In this document: piece by piece, positions 39,274 through 47,691 of the stretch
Layout of the letters: the number at the start of each line of letters is the position of its first letter
Numbering within the stretch: the first letter of the stretch is position 1
Virus record (IMG/VR): IMGVR_UViG_3300008262_000022
From: a virus
Lineage: Duplodnaviria; Heunggongvirae; Uroviricota; Caudoviricetes
Direction: 5' to 3' (one strand)
DNA length: 64,000 nucleotides
Notes under the pieces: generated by a model
Seen by the model: the letters and a program-made list of their open reading frames with translations, nothing else
Database searches by the model: none
Told to the model about the DNA's origin: nothing
Translations under genes and position numbers: made by a program

Positions 39274-39735
39274 ATGCAAGAAATTAAACCAACATACGTA
39301 ACATTTGAGCAGGCTAAATGGCTTAAAGAGAAAGGATTTGATGAAATTTGTTTAGGACATTATTCGTCAGATGGAGAATTACAAACATTGCAAGATTATT
39401 TAAGTCTTGGAGCAGATGTAGAAGAAATGATTAACAAGCCATTTAATGGTATTTCTTATATGAAAACTATGTGTAAAGCACCTGAACAATGGCAAGTAAT
39501 TGAATGGTTAAGGGTTAATCATGGTATTTGGGTTTATCCTCTTCCAATAGATGATGAAATGAAATTATGGCAATGTAGAATTATTAAAGGTCAACCTTTT
39601 AGTAATTTAAAAAATACATTAAAAATAATTAGTCATGGTGAAATTTCTTATAGAGGATTATATTCACCACAAGAAGCTTACTCAGCAGCATTTGATTACG
39701 TTTTAAACAATAATTTAATATGCAAAAATTATTAA
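39274..39735 (+). CDS. hypothetical protein (paralog of 37798)
   Basis: shared N-terminal motif. Confidence 0.45.
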   Translation: MQEIKPTYVTFEQAKWLKEKGFDEICLGHYSSDGELQTLQDYLSLGADVEEMINKPFNGISYMKTMCKAPEQWQVIEWLRVNHGIWVYPLPIDDEMKLWQCRIIKGQPFSNLKNTLKIISHGEISYRGLYSPQEAYSAAFDYVLNNNLICKNY

Positions 39736-39856
39736 ATAGTATTATATTCATATGTGTTATTACATTAATAGCAAACGTAGTACCAGAATCATTTATATTA
39801 AGTATTGGATTCTGGGGAGGTTGGGCATATTGTAAATTACAAGAGAAAGGATATGT

Positions 39857-40438
39857 ATGGTAAATAATTTTAGACAAATAGTACAACTTTTAAAATTTGA
39901 TAATGAAGATGATTTCTACCACTTACAAATTCTAAAACGTAAAAAAGAAAATCCTGAGTTAGGTTCTAACTCCTATGTTATTAGGACTTATTGTATTCGT
40001 TCTAAAGAACATTTAGTAGAGAAAATGGATGAGATTATAAGTTTATGTATGCATCACAATGCAAGAGCATATATTAATCTTAACCGTAGGTCATTTGAAC
40101 GTGCCGCTTTCCACACTCTAAAAAAGATATCAGACATCATTATGAATCGAGACTATAAATCAGTTCGTAATGCGTTTGAATCAGTTTGTGGTGAGTATGG
40201 TTCTGGTAAAGACAAATATTGGATCATTGATATTGACCCAGAACATTTTGAATTGGCACCTACACTTAAAATACATTTAACTGACTTAGACCCAGTTGGA
40301 GCTAAAGTACATGCTGAGGTACCTACTAAAAATGGTTATCACATTATTACAACTCCATTTAACAAAGCTGAGTTTAAAAAGTTATATCCTGAAATAGATA
40401 TACATACTAATAACCCAACTATATTATTTTGTAATTAA
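39857..40438 (+). CDS. hypothetical protein
   Basis: ORF track. Confidence 0.45.
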   Translation: MVNNFRQIVQLLKFDNEDDFYHLQILKRKKENPELGSNSYVIRTYCIRSKEHLVEKMDEIISLCMHHNARAYINLNRRSFERAAFHTLKKISDIIMNRDYKSVRNAFESVCGEYGSGKDKYWIIDIDPEHFELAPTLKIHLTDLDPVGAKVHAEVPTKNGYHIITTPFNKAEFKKLYPEIDIHTNNPTILFCN

Positions 40439-40441
40439 GAT

Positions 40442-40729
40442 ATGTTTAGTATATTCAAATTCAATTTATTTAAACCCAACGATTGGAAATTAGTCTGGAA
40501 TGACTATGCAGTATGGAATATATGTGACTCACAAGGTGATTCAATATATGAACGTAAATGTTCCTATGAAATCTACTACTCTCAGTTTAGAGGGGAATTT
40601 AAATTAAAAGCTTCTGGTCACAGAGCAAAAGAACATAACTATTATTTCACAGTAGTTCTTCCAAAATTTATTGAATGCAATAAAATTATTTTAGCTCATC
40701 AAAATAAAGAGGCTACATTTATCGAGTAA
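40442..40729 (+). CDS. hypothetical protein
   Basis: ORF track. Confidence 0.4.
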   Translation: MFSIFKFNLFKPNDWKLVWNDYAVWNICDSQGDSIYERKCSYEIYYSQFRGEFKLKASGHRAKEHNYYFTVVLPKFIECNKIILAHQNKEATFIE

Positions 40730-40740
40730 AAATAAAAAAT

Positions 40741-40830
40741 ATGAAAACACTTAATTTAACACATCCCAATAAGTCGGATGTACAATTCAAAGTATCTCAG
40801 TTTCCGGATGGACAACATTATATTATTTGA
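40741..40830 (+). pseudogene. 29-codon ORF fragment, possibly the N-terminal remnant of a ribose-phosphate pyrophosphokinase-like gene
   Basis: MKTLNLTHPNKSDVQFKVSQFPDGQHYII weakly resembles the Prs N-terminus (..RFSDGE..); followed by about 400 bp without convincing coding. Confidence 0.2.
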
Positions 40831-41185
40831 CCATTTTGACCAAGCAATCCAGAAACTATTTGGGTTGTTGAAATAAAAAAATTGGCTAAACATTGAACCG
40901 TTGTGGAGGTTGAGCTGAAATTGCTTTTATGAAAACTAATAATTTCATTAACCACATAAAGATATTACCAGTAATGGTAAACGTATTGTTCCTAATTGAG
41001 CACGGGAAGACTGAACAGACGCTAAGAATGAATAAAACTTCCACTACAATAAAAGTAGAACGGAAAAGTTTAACAGTACAGACAATACGAATGAGCGCTC
41101 AGCTAGACCCTACTCTTATGAAAGACTGGCTTCAAGCGGTAAGTAGAAATACGTCCTGTGGAGTATAAGACAAGAGGGTGCTAAA

Positions 41186-41238
41186 TTGTTTGGTATCTCA
41201 AAATAAAGATGTTATATTTACTAAGTAAGAAATAAGAT
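41186..41238 (+). promoter_or_regulatory. candidate promoter
   Basis: TTGTTTGGTATCTCAAAATAAAGATGTTATATTTACT. Confidence 0.4.
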
Positions 41239-42369
41239 ATGGAAAATTTAAATAGCGTTTGCTACGTAGCAAAAATTGATGAAATTAAAGCAATTGAAGG
41301 AGCCGATAACATTGTACAAGGTGTTATCGGTGGGTGGAATTGCATTATTAAGAAAGGTGAACATACTGCAGGTGAATTAGTTGTAGTAGCAACTACTGAT
41401 GCTGTTATCCCTCAAGACTTATCAGATAAAATGGGAGTTACTAACTACCTAAGAAAAGGAGGTAGAGTAAGAACTGTTAAATTAAGAGGTGTATATTCAG
41501 AATGTTTAATCATCCCAACTAAATACATTCCAGGATATGGAGACATGTATAAAGAAGGAGATGACATGATGGAAAAATTTGGTATCTTCAAATATGAACC
41601 ACCAGCAGTACAAGTACAATTAGCTTCAGGTCGTAAAATTAAGTACCATCAAAATCCAAACTTTGGAGTGTACTATAAATTCCCTAACATTAAAAATGTT
41701 AAAGGTATATTTACTGAGGAGGATGAAGTTCAAATCACTCGTAAGTTACATGGTACAAATGCTCGTTACGGTATTGTAAAGAAAACTAAATTATCGTTTT
41801 GGGATAAGGTTAAGAAGTTCTTTGGTTTTGCGGATGAATGGATTGAGTATGAGTATGTTTATGGTTCACATAATGTAGAAAAAGGCAGTGACTCACAAGG
41901 TTTCTATGATACAGATGTTTGGAGAACAATAGCTGATAAATATTTTATTCAAGATAGATTATGGTCGTATGTTAAAACATATGGTCCAGAGATTATTGGA
42001 AATGGAGTTATATTGTATGGTGAGATTTATGGTCCTGGTATTCAAAAGAACTATGATTACGGTTTAAAAGAAATTGAATTTGCAGGATTTGATATTGTGG
42101 AAAACGGAAAGTACTTAAATACATATTTAGCTGGGTATATGATTGAAGATATGCTTAACTTACCTCACGCACCTGAATTATATAACGGTTTATGGTCTCA
42201 AGAAATTCAAGACCGTTATACATTCAATAATAATATTGAGGGAACTAAAGTACCACATGAAGGTATTGTTATTAAACATGTAAGTGGTGATCGTCATAAA
42301 GTGGCAAAGTGTATAAACCCGCAGTATTTAATCTATAGTGAACATAATGACGTTGGTGATAGCCATTAA
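41239..42369 (+). CDS. RNA ligase (Rnl2/Rnl5 DraRnl-like nucleotidyltransferase)
   Basis: KLHGTN (KxHGxN motif I); N-terminal VAKIDEIKAIEGADNIVQGVIGGWNCIIKKGE domain as in DraRnl-type ligases. Confidence 0.55.
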   Translation: MENLNSVCYVAKIDEIKAIEGADNIVQGVIGGWNCIIKKGEHTAGELVVVATTDAVIPQDLSDKMGVTNYLRKGGRVRTVKLRGVYSECLIIPTKYIPGYGDMYKEGDDMMEKFGIFKYEPPAVQVQLASGRKIKYHQNPNFGVYYKFPNIKNVKGIFTEEDEVQITRKLHGTNARYGIVKKTKLSFWDKVKKFFGFADEWIEYEYVYGSHNVEKGSDSQGFYDTDVWRTIADKYFIQDRLWSYVKTYGPEIIGNGVILYGEIYGPGIQKNYDYGLKEIEFAGFDIVENGKYLNTYLAGYMIEDMLNLPHAPELYNGLWSQEIQDRYTFNNNIEGTKVPHEGIVIKHVSGDRHKVAKCINPQYLIYSEHNDVGDSH

Positions 42370-42376
42370 ATAAGAT

Positions 42377-42405
42377 GGAGCCCTAAATGGGCTCCTTTTA
42401 TTTTG
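42377..42405 (+). terminator. rho-independent terminator
   Basis: GGAGCCC-TAAAT-GGGCTCC then TTTTATTTT. Confidence 0.65.
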
Positions 42406-42438
42406 TAATATTTATTATCGCCAAACAATAATATTACT

Positions 42439-43134
42439 ATGATAAATACTAAAAAGACTTGCAATCAATGTAATCTAGAACAATCTCTTGATAATTTTTA
42501 TAAGAAAAAAGGTGGTAAATACGGAGTAATGTCTGTATGTAAGTTATGTTTTAAAAATCGAGTTCAAGAATATCAAACAACAAATAAGGATATAGTTTCG
42601 GAAAGACGAAAACAACGTTACTTAGATAATAAAAGTGAATATTCTGAAAGGAATAAAACTAATTATTTGAAGAACCAAACTGTAAGAAAAGAAAAACAAA
42701 AACAATATAGTGCTCTTAATAAAGAAAAACGAAAAGAGTATAATCAACGTCCTGAAATTAAGAAACGAGATAATGAGTATAGTAAAGCACACTATAAAGC
42801 AACCCCAGAAAAACATTTAGCTAAAAACATAAGATGTTCTATATCTATGAGAATTAAAGAAATTGATTCTAAAAAAGACCAAAAAACATTAGATATAGTT
42901 GGATTAAACAGTTGGACTGAATTTAAAGAATACATTGAAAAACAATTTACTGAAGGGATGAGTTGGAATAATTATGGAAATAAAATTGAAACTGATTGGT
43001 CAATTGATCATATTATTCCTATATCATCTGCTACTACTTTAGATGAAGTGAAGAAATTGAATCACTACACCAATTTAAGACCGTTATGGCATCTTGAAAA
43101 TATTAAAAAGCGAGATAAAATAAAAAACAAATAG
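42439..43134 (+). CDS. HNH endonuclease with N-terminal zinc finger
   Basis: CNQCN..CKLCF and DWSIDHIIPIS..NLRPLWHLENIKK HNH core. Confidence 0.55.
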   Translation: MINTKKTCNQCNLEQSLDNFYKKKGGKYGVMSVCKLCFKNRVQEYQTTNKDIVSERRKQRYLDNKSEYSERNKTNYLKNQTVRKEKQKQYSALNKEKRKEYNQRPEIKKRDNEYSKAHYKATPEKHLAKNIRCSISMRIKEIDSKKDQKTLDIVGLNSWTEFKEYIEKQFTEGMSWNNYGNKIETDWSIDHIIPISSATTLDEVKKLNHYTNLRPLWHLENIKKRDKIKNK

Positions 43135-43156
43135 GGGCTGTCAAAGCCCCTTTTGT
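43134..43156 (+). terminator. rho-independent terminator
   Basis: GGGGCT-GTCAA-AGCCCC then TTTT. Confidence 0.6.
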
Positions 43157-43177
43157 ATCTTTACAAAAATAAAGGTT

Positions 43178-43567
43178 ATGGTATTAATAATAGTATTAAT
43201 AGGATTAGTTGTAGCAACAATCATTTTCGCAATTAACGAAATAATTGAATTGGAGAGTAAACCAATTAAAAAGAAAGAAAAACCATGGTGGGATAGACCT
43301 GATCCAAGAATTGATTCTTATACTCGATATGAAGGTATTTTAAGAAAATATAAAAATGATTTTTCTTCTTACTATATAGAGGTAGATAGAAATAAATTCC
43401 CTGATATGAAAGTAGATAAAATACCTTGTGTCCAATCATATAATGATGCTTTAGAATGGGACAAAAAAGGTATAGATGGTACTAAAGTTAGATTTTATTT
43501 GGATTGGGAATACAACGGATGTACAAGTTGGCAATACCCAGTAATAGAAATTTTTTATCAAAAATAA
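43178..43567 (+). CDS. membrane-anchored hypothetical protein
   Basis: N-terminal TM. Confidence 0.45.
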   Translation: MVLIIVLIGLVVATIIFAINEIIELESKPIKKKEKPWWDRPDPRIDSYTRYEGILRKYKNDFSSYYIEVDRNKFPDMKVDKIPCVQSYNDALEWDKKGIDGTKVRFYLDWEYNGCTSWQYPVIEIFYQK

Positions 43568-43572
43568 TAATT

Positions 43573-44160
43573 ATGAAAAACATTTTTAAGATTAATCCAA
43601 CAACACTTGAACCTCAACCGTTCAATGTACTTAAAAAAGTAATCATTACAACAGCAATCACCTCAACTATTTTAAGTTCAATATTTTTATATATTGGATA
43701 TAATTTAGGTAGTGATGTATTAACAGGTTTATCTGAAGAAGAAAAATTAGTTATTATTCAAGAACACAATCAATTTTCAGAAGAAAAATTAATTGAAAAA
43801 CTAATCGAGTTAAATGTTAAATTCCCTTATATAGTATTTGCTCAATCAAAACTTGAAACAGGTAATTTTACAAGTAAAATATTCAGGGAGAACTCTAATT
43901 TATTTGGGATGCGTGAAGCCAAACAACGAATAACAACAGCTAGAGGTACAGAAAATAATCATGCATATTATGCAAGTTGGGGTGAATCAGTTTATGATTA
44001 TGCTTTTTATCAATGTCGTTATTTATCTAATATTCAAACTGAAGAACAATATTTTCAATATTTGGGGCAAAGTTATGCTGAGAATCCAAATTATGTTTCA
44101 ATATTAAAAGATATGATTGTTAAGGAAAATCTTAAAGCACGATTTGGGTTGTCAAAGTAA
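43573..44160 (+). CDS. endolysin, glucosaminidase (FlgJ/LytD-like) with N-terminal signal-anchor
   Basis: VFAQSKLETGNF and NLFGMRE motifs; N-terminal TM; ATG at 43573 after the previous stop (track ORF from 43504). Confidence 0.55.
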   Translation: MKNIFKINPTTLEPQPFNVLKKVIITTAITSTILSSIFLYIGYNLGSDVLTGLSEEEKLVIIQEHNQFSEEKLIEKLIELNVKFPYIVFAQSKLETGNFTSKIFRENSNLFGMREAKQRITTARGTENNHAYYASWGESVYDYAFYQCRYLSNIQTEEQYFQYLGQSYAENPNYVSILKDMIVKENLKARFGLSK

Positions 44161-44164
44161 AAAT

Positions 44165-44196
44165 TTTACATTTACATCATAATTAAAATAAATACC
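44165..44196 (+). promoter_or_regulatory. candidate promoter
   Basis: TTTACATTTACATCATAATTAAAATAAATACCATG. Confidence 0.4.
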
Positions 44197-44406
44197 ATGG
44201 ATATAATAAGTGTATTATGTATAACTTACTTAATATTATCAAGTACAATAGGGGCTTGGTGGATGGCTAGTATGGATGTAAGTGAAGAAAAAGATCATAT
44301 AACTTTATTTGTTATATTATGTAATATCTTACCAGCAGTTCTATTTAGTTGGATATTATTTCCTCTTGTATTAGCTAATAAAATTAAAATTAAAAAATTT
44401 AAGTAA
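44197..44406 (+). CDS. holin-like small membrane protein
   Basis: 69 aa, two TM segments, immediately after the endolysin. Confidence 0.4.
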   Translation: MDIISVLCITYLILSSTIGAWWMASMDVSEEKDHITLFVILCNILPAVLFSWILFPLVLANKIKIKKFK

Positions 44407-44591
44407 TGAGATTATTTGCAGTATTCAGTATGATGCTTTGGTTATGGAAACTTATATACCATACTATGTTTTATGATGTTAGTATATGGTTATTATTTTT
44501 CTACTTAGTTATGCTTGCATTAAGTATAGCTTTATATGAATCAACTACAAAAGAAATTAAAAATGAAAAGGACATTGAAGAAAAAAATTAA
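44406..44591 (+). CDS. small membrane protein
   Basis: 61 aa, two TM segments. Confidence 0.4.
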   Translation: MRLFAVFSMMLWLWKLIYHTMFYDVSIWLLFFYLVMLALSIALYESTTKEIKNEKDIEEKN

Positions 44592-44871
44592 AATATTAGA
44601 TGCTAAAACAACTCCACTTGAAATAATGTTGGAGTCATTAGTCAACTTTAGTTGGGGATTTTTAGGTAATAGTATAGTATTATTTATATCTAAACAAATA
44701 GATTTAGCTGTATTTATAAATTTTATTTTATATTACACTCTAATATCATTTATTTTAAATAGAGAAAAATATGAAACTAAATTAGGTAAGTTTATTGTAT
44801 TACCATTTGCTGCAGCATTAGGTGCTTATAGTGGTTATTTATTTTCAAAATGGTTATCAACAATTATATGA
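44536..44871 (+). CDS. membrane protein
   Basis: ORF track; start uncertain. Confidence 0.35.
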   Translation: MNQLQKKLKMKRTLKKKIKILDAKTTPLEIMLESLVNFSWGFLGNSIVLFISKQIDLAVFINFILYYTLISFILNREKYETKLGKFIVLPFAAALGAYSGYLFSKWLSTII

Positions 44872-45200
44872 GAACAATATTATTTATTTTACTAACATTA
44901 GTTAGTTTGCAATCAATAGCATTACCGCCTGATATATTATCAGGTAAACAGGATTATTACATTGCTCCAATTAAATTAAAGATGAATCATGAAGACAAAA
45001 ACACAGGAGCACTATATGTGGTTGCTGGGGTGATGTTAACAGGGATTGGGATAATAAAAGAATACACCCGTGAACCATACCCAAACCATTCAACAAGTAT
45101 AAACTATAATCCTGAGGCTCCACAAGTATTAAATTATCTACTTATAGGCTCAGGTTTAGGGTTTACAGGTTATGGAATTAAATTATTAATCAAATTTTAA
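44850..45200 (+). CDS. membrane protein
   Basis: ORF track; N- and C-terminal TM segments. Confidence 0.4.
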   Translation: MVINNYMRTILFILLTLVSLQSIALPPDILSGKQDYYIAPIKLKMNHEDKNTGALYVVAGVMLTGIGIIKEYTREPYPNHSTSINYNPEAPQVLNYLLIGSGLGFTGYGIKLLIKF

Positions 45201-45305
45201 ACATGGTTGAGAGTGTCTTACATTTATTAGGTATATGTCCAGATTCGTTTACTCATTATGATGCTATTGATTTTATAGTCTGTAATTTTAATGAGTTAAA
45301 AAACT

Positions 45306-45359
45306 TATTTTGGAGGGCAAGATAAAAATCGTATATTTACATCGTTAAATTTAAAAAAT
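45306..45359 (+). promoter_or_regulatory. candidate promoter
   Basis: TTGGAGGGCAAGATAAAAATCGTATATTTACATCGTTAAAT. Confidence 0.45.
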
Positions 45360-45542
45360 ATGAAATATATTATTATCTGGGTGTTATTAACCGCATTATT
45401 AGTTGTAGGTGAGATTCGTTGTATTTACAAAGCAATAACATGTAACTGGGAACCTATTGGTAAAGCAGAAATTATTTATTCAGGCGCAGCTGTAACGGGA
45501 TTAGGTTGTATTATTGGTTGGATAAATATTGAGGATAAATAA
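45360..45542 (+). CDS. small membrane protein
   Basis: ORF track. Confidence 0.4.
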   Translation: MKYIIIWVLLTALLVVGEIRCIYKAITCNWEPIGKAEIIYSGAAVTGLGCIIGWINIEDK

Positions 45543-45544
45543 AT

Positions 45545-45904
45545 ATGAATTGGTTAAAAAAATTATTTAGAAAAAAGCAAAAAGAAGAACAACCTCTACC
45601 TGCTAAAAAGGATAAAACTACATCTAAATATTATAAGTATTCAACACCTCCTGCCTCTGATTCTATCAATATAGGTTCATCAAACGATATATTGGATCCA
45701 TCAAATTTATTGAATCCATTAAATCCTGTAAGTCCTATATCTATTTGGAATAATGATAATGATTCACATAGTAATGAACAGACAAATGATTATTCATCAC
45801 ATAGTGACTCTAATTCATATGGTAGCTCGGATTCATATAGTAACTCAGATTCGACAAGTTACGATAGCAGTTATGATAGTAATTCATCTAGTAGCGACTG
45901 GTAA
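45545..45904 (+). CDS. Ser/Asp-rich low-complexity protein
   Basis: [34 protein letters not shown]. Confidence 0.4.
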   Translation: MNWLKKLFRKKQKEEQPLPAKKDKTTSKYYKYSTPPASDSINIGSSNDILDPSNLLNPLNPVSPISIWNNDNDSHSNEQTNDYSSHSDSNSYGSSDSYSNSDSTSYDSSYDSNSSSSDW

Positions 45905-45906
45905 TT

Positions 45907-46152
45907 ATGCCTACATTTGAAGGAGTTGAAATAACTACTATCATAGATGTTGATTTTGAAGTATTCTGTGGTACATGTGGTGAAGGATTATGTTATGAAT
46001 CAAATACTAGACGTAGTCGAAATAGAGGGTATGCTCAAGTAGAGGTAAATGTTTGTCCATCATGTATTAAGGAGAAAAACAATGAAATAGAAGATCTCAA
46101 ACTAGAAATATCCAGGTTAGAAGAACAAATAAGTAAACTTACTGATGAATGA
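45907..46152 (+). CDS. zinc-ribbon/coiled-coil protein
   Basis: CGTCGEGLC..CPSC. Confidence 0.4.
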   Translation: MPTFEGVEITTIIDVDFEVFCGTCGEGLCYESNTRRSRNRGYAQVEVNVCPSCIKEKNNEIEDLKLEISRLEEQISKLTDE

Positions 46153-46336
46153 TCCTAATGAAGATATACCTTACGAAATACGTAAGCAATGGTTTAATGA
46201 AAATCCATCATCTAAATGGCCTAAATTAGATCAAGAAGAAATAGATAAACCTCGCTCAAAACGAGGCCGTAAGCCTAAACCATCAAAACGTATAGTTCAA
46301 GATAAACAAGAACATTATAAATGGTGGAGAACATAA
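46145..46336 (+). CDS. basic small protein
   Basis: ORF track. Confidence 0.4.
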   Translation: MNDPNEDIPYEIRKQWFNENPSSKWPKLDQEEIDKPRSKRGRKPKPSKRIVQDKQEHYKWWRT

Positions 46337-46337
46337 T

Positions 46338-46508
46338 ATGACAACAGATAATAAAATACAAGATGCCATACATGAGTTTGGCGCAAACGTAGTTCACGAA
46401 GTAATTGAAGTTGTATCTGTATCAGATGCAGATGGTGCTTATACCCTGTTCGAAGATATGGGTATGTTTGATCACCAGGCGTGTGTTGAAATGTTATATT
46501 TCGAATAA
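46338..46508 (+). CDS. small hypothetical protein
   Basis: 56 aa, below the track cutoff; ATG follows the previous stop. Confidence 0.3.
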   Translation: MTTDNKIQDAIHEFGANVVHEVIEVVSVSDADGAYTLFEDMGMFDHQACVEMLYFE

Positions 46509-46514
46509 AGAAAC

Positions 46515-46545
46515 TGTGCTTTGTTTGTAGCACATGTGTTTTAGT
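46515..46545 (+). terminator. terminator-like hairpin
   Basis: TGTGCT-TTGTTTGT-AGCACA then TGTGTTTTAGTTTTT. Confidence 0.4.
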
Positions 46546-46557
46546 TTTTAATTGTGT

Positions 46558-46594
46558 AAGATTAGGATCGTCAAGATCCTTTTCTTATCTTTAC
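46558..46594 (+). repeat. 37-bp perfect direct repeat copy 2
   Basis: identical to 36323-36359. Confidence 0.9.
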
Positions 46595-46597
46595 AAT

Positions 46598-47158
46598 ATG
46601 AAAAAGATTTTAGTAATACATCCTGATGATAGGTCAACTGATTTTTTAAAACCAATATACGAAAAACTACCTAACATAACTGTTATTACAGGTGGTGTGT
46701 CTTATATGGATATTAAACATCTAATAAAAGAACATGATCAAGTAATGATGATGGGTCATGGTTCACCTTATGGTTTATTTTCAATGGGTAAATTCCCTAA
46801 GTCAGGTGGTTATGTTATTGACTCAATGATGGTTGATTTATTAAGTGAGAAAAATGATAATGTCTATATTTGGTGTAATGCTGATCAATTTGTAGATAAA
46901 TACAAATTAAACGGAATATACTCAGGTATGTTTATATCTGAAGTAGCGGAAGCAGAATATTGTGGTTTACCAGGTACAGAACAAACTGTAGTAGATGAAT
47001 CAAATAATACGTTTGCTGAGATATTAGGTAAACAACTACTAATGGAAACATCACTCGAGCGGGTATATGATAATACTAATCAAGCGTATCGTGAATTAGC
47101 TCAATCAAATAAAGTTGCTAAGTATAATCAAAATAGATTTTATTACGCGTTAGATTAG
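46598..47158 (+). CDS. hypothetical protein
   Basis: ORF track. Confidence 0.45.
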   Translation: MKKILVIHPDDRSTDFLKPIYEKLPNITVITGGVSYMDIKHLIKEHDQVMMMGHGSPYGLFSMGKFPKSGGYVIDSMMVDLLSEKNDNVYIWCNADQFVDKYKLNGIYSGMFISEVAEAEYCGLPGTEQTVVDESNNTFAEILGKQLLMETSLERVYDNTNQAYRELAQSNKVAKYNQNRFYYALD

Positions 47159-47206
47159 GCAAAGTAAAGATATTATATTCACATTAATAAATAAATAAAG
47201 TTATGT
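47155..47206 (+). promoter_or_regulatory. candidate promoter
   Basis: TAGGCAAAGTAAAGATATTATATTCACATTAATAAATAAATAAAGTTATG. Confidence 0.4.
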
Positions 47207-47478
47207 ATAAATGGCTAGTATCATTCAATACACCTTCATCAGGTGCTATTGCACTTAAAGAAACAGTAGAAGCAACACAATGGCAGCATGCCAAAATGAT
47301 GTTGGAATCTAAGTACCCAGGAATCAGAATACTAAATTACACACCAGTCAAATAATATGAGTAAGTCAAGTCACAAACTACGCTTTGAAGCTCTACAAGG
47401 ATGGTTAGAGCAAACTAAAAAGAACGCTAAATATGGTAAACCAAAACGCGTTATTATTGATGAGGATGTTGATATTCA

Positions 47479-47691
47479 ATGGAAACCAAAAAAGAAATAT
47501 TAACATCTTTTAGAATCAGATATACTCCAGATAATCTGTTAAAATGTCAACTTAGTTACTCACTCAAATCAGTAATAGTTGAAAATAAACATATTGTCTG
47601 TGAGTTAACTGATATGCAAGCTGATTTTGTGCGAACTAATCAACTTAAACTAAACTACATTAAAAAATATATACTAAACACCCAATTATGA
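47479..47691 (+). CDS. hypothetical protein
   Basis: ORF track. Confidence 0.4.
   Translation: METKKEILTSFRIRYTPDNLLKCQLSYSLKSVIVENKHIVCELTDMQADFVRTNQLKLNYIKKYILNTQL

Noticed and set aside
40929-41168. Track ORF 40929..41168
   Set aside because: Odd composition, no promoter or start context, embedded in a probable degraded or non-coding region.
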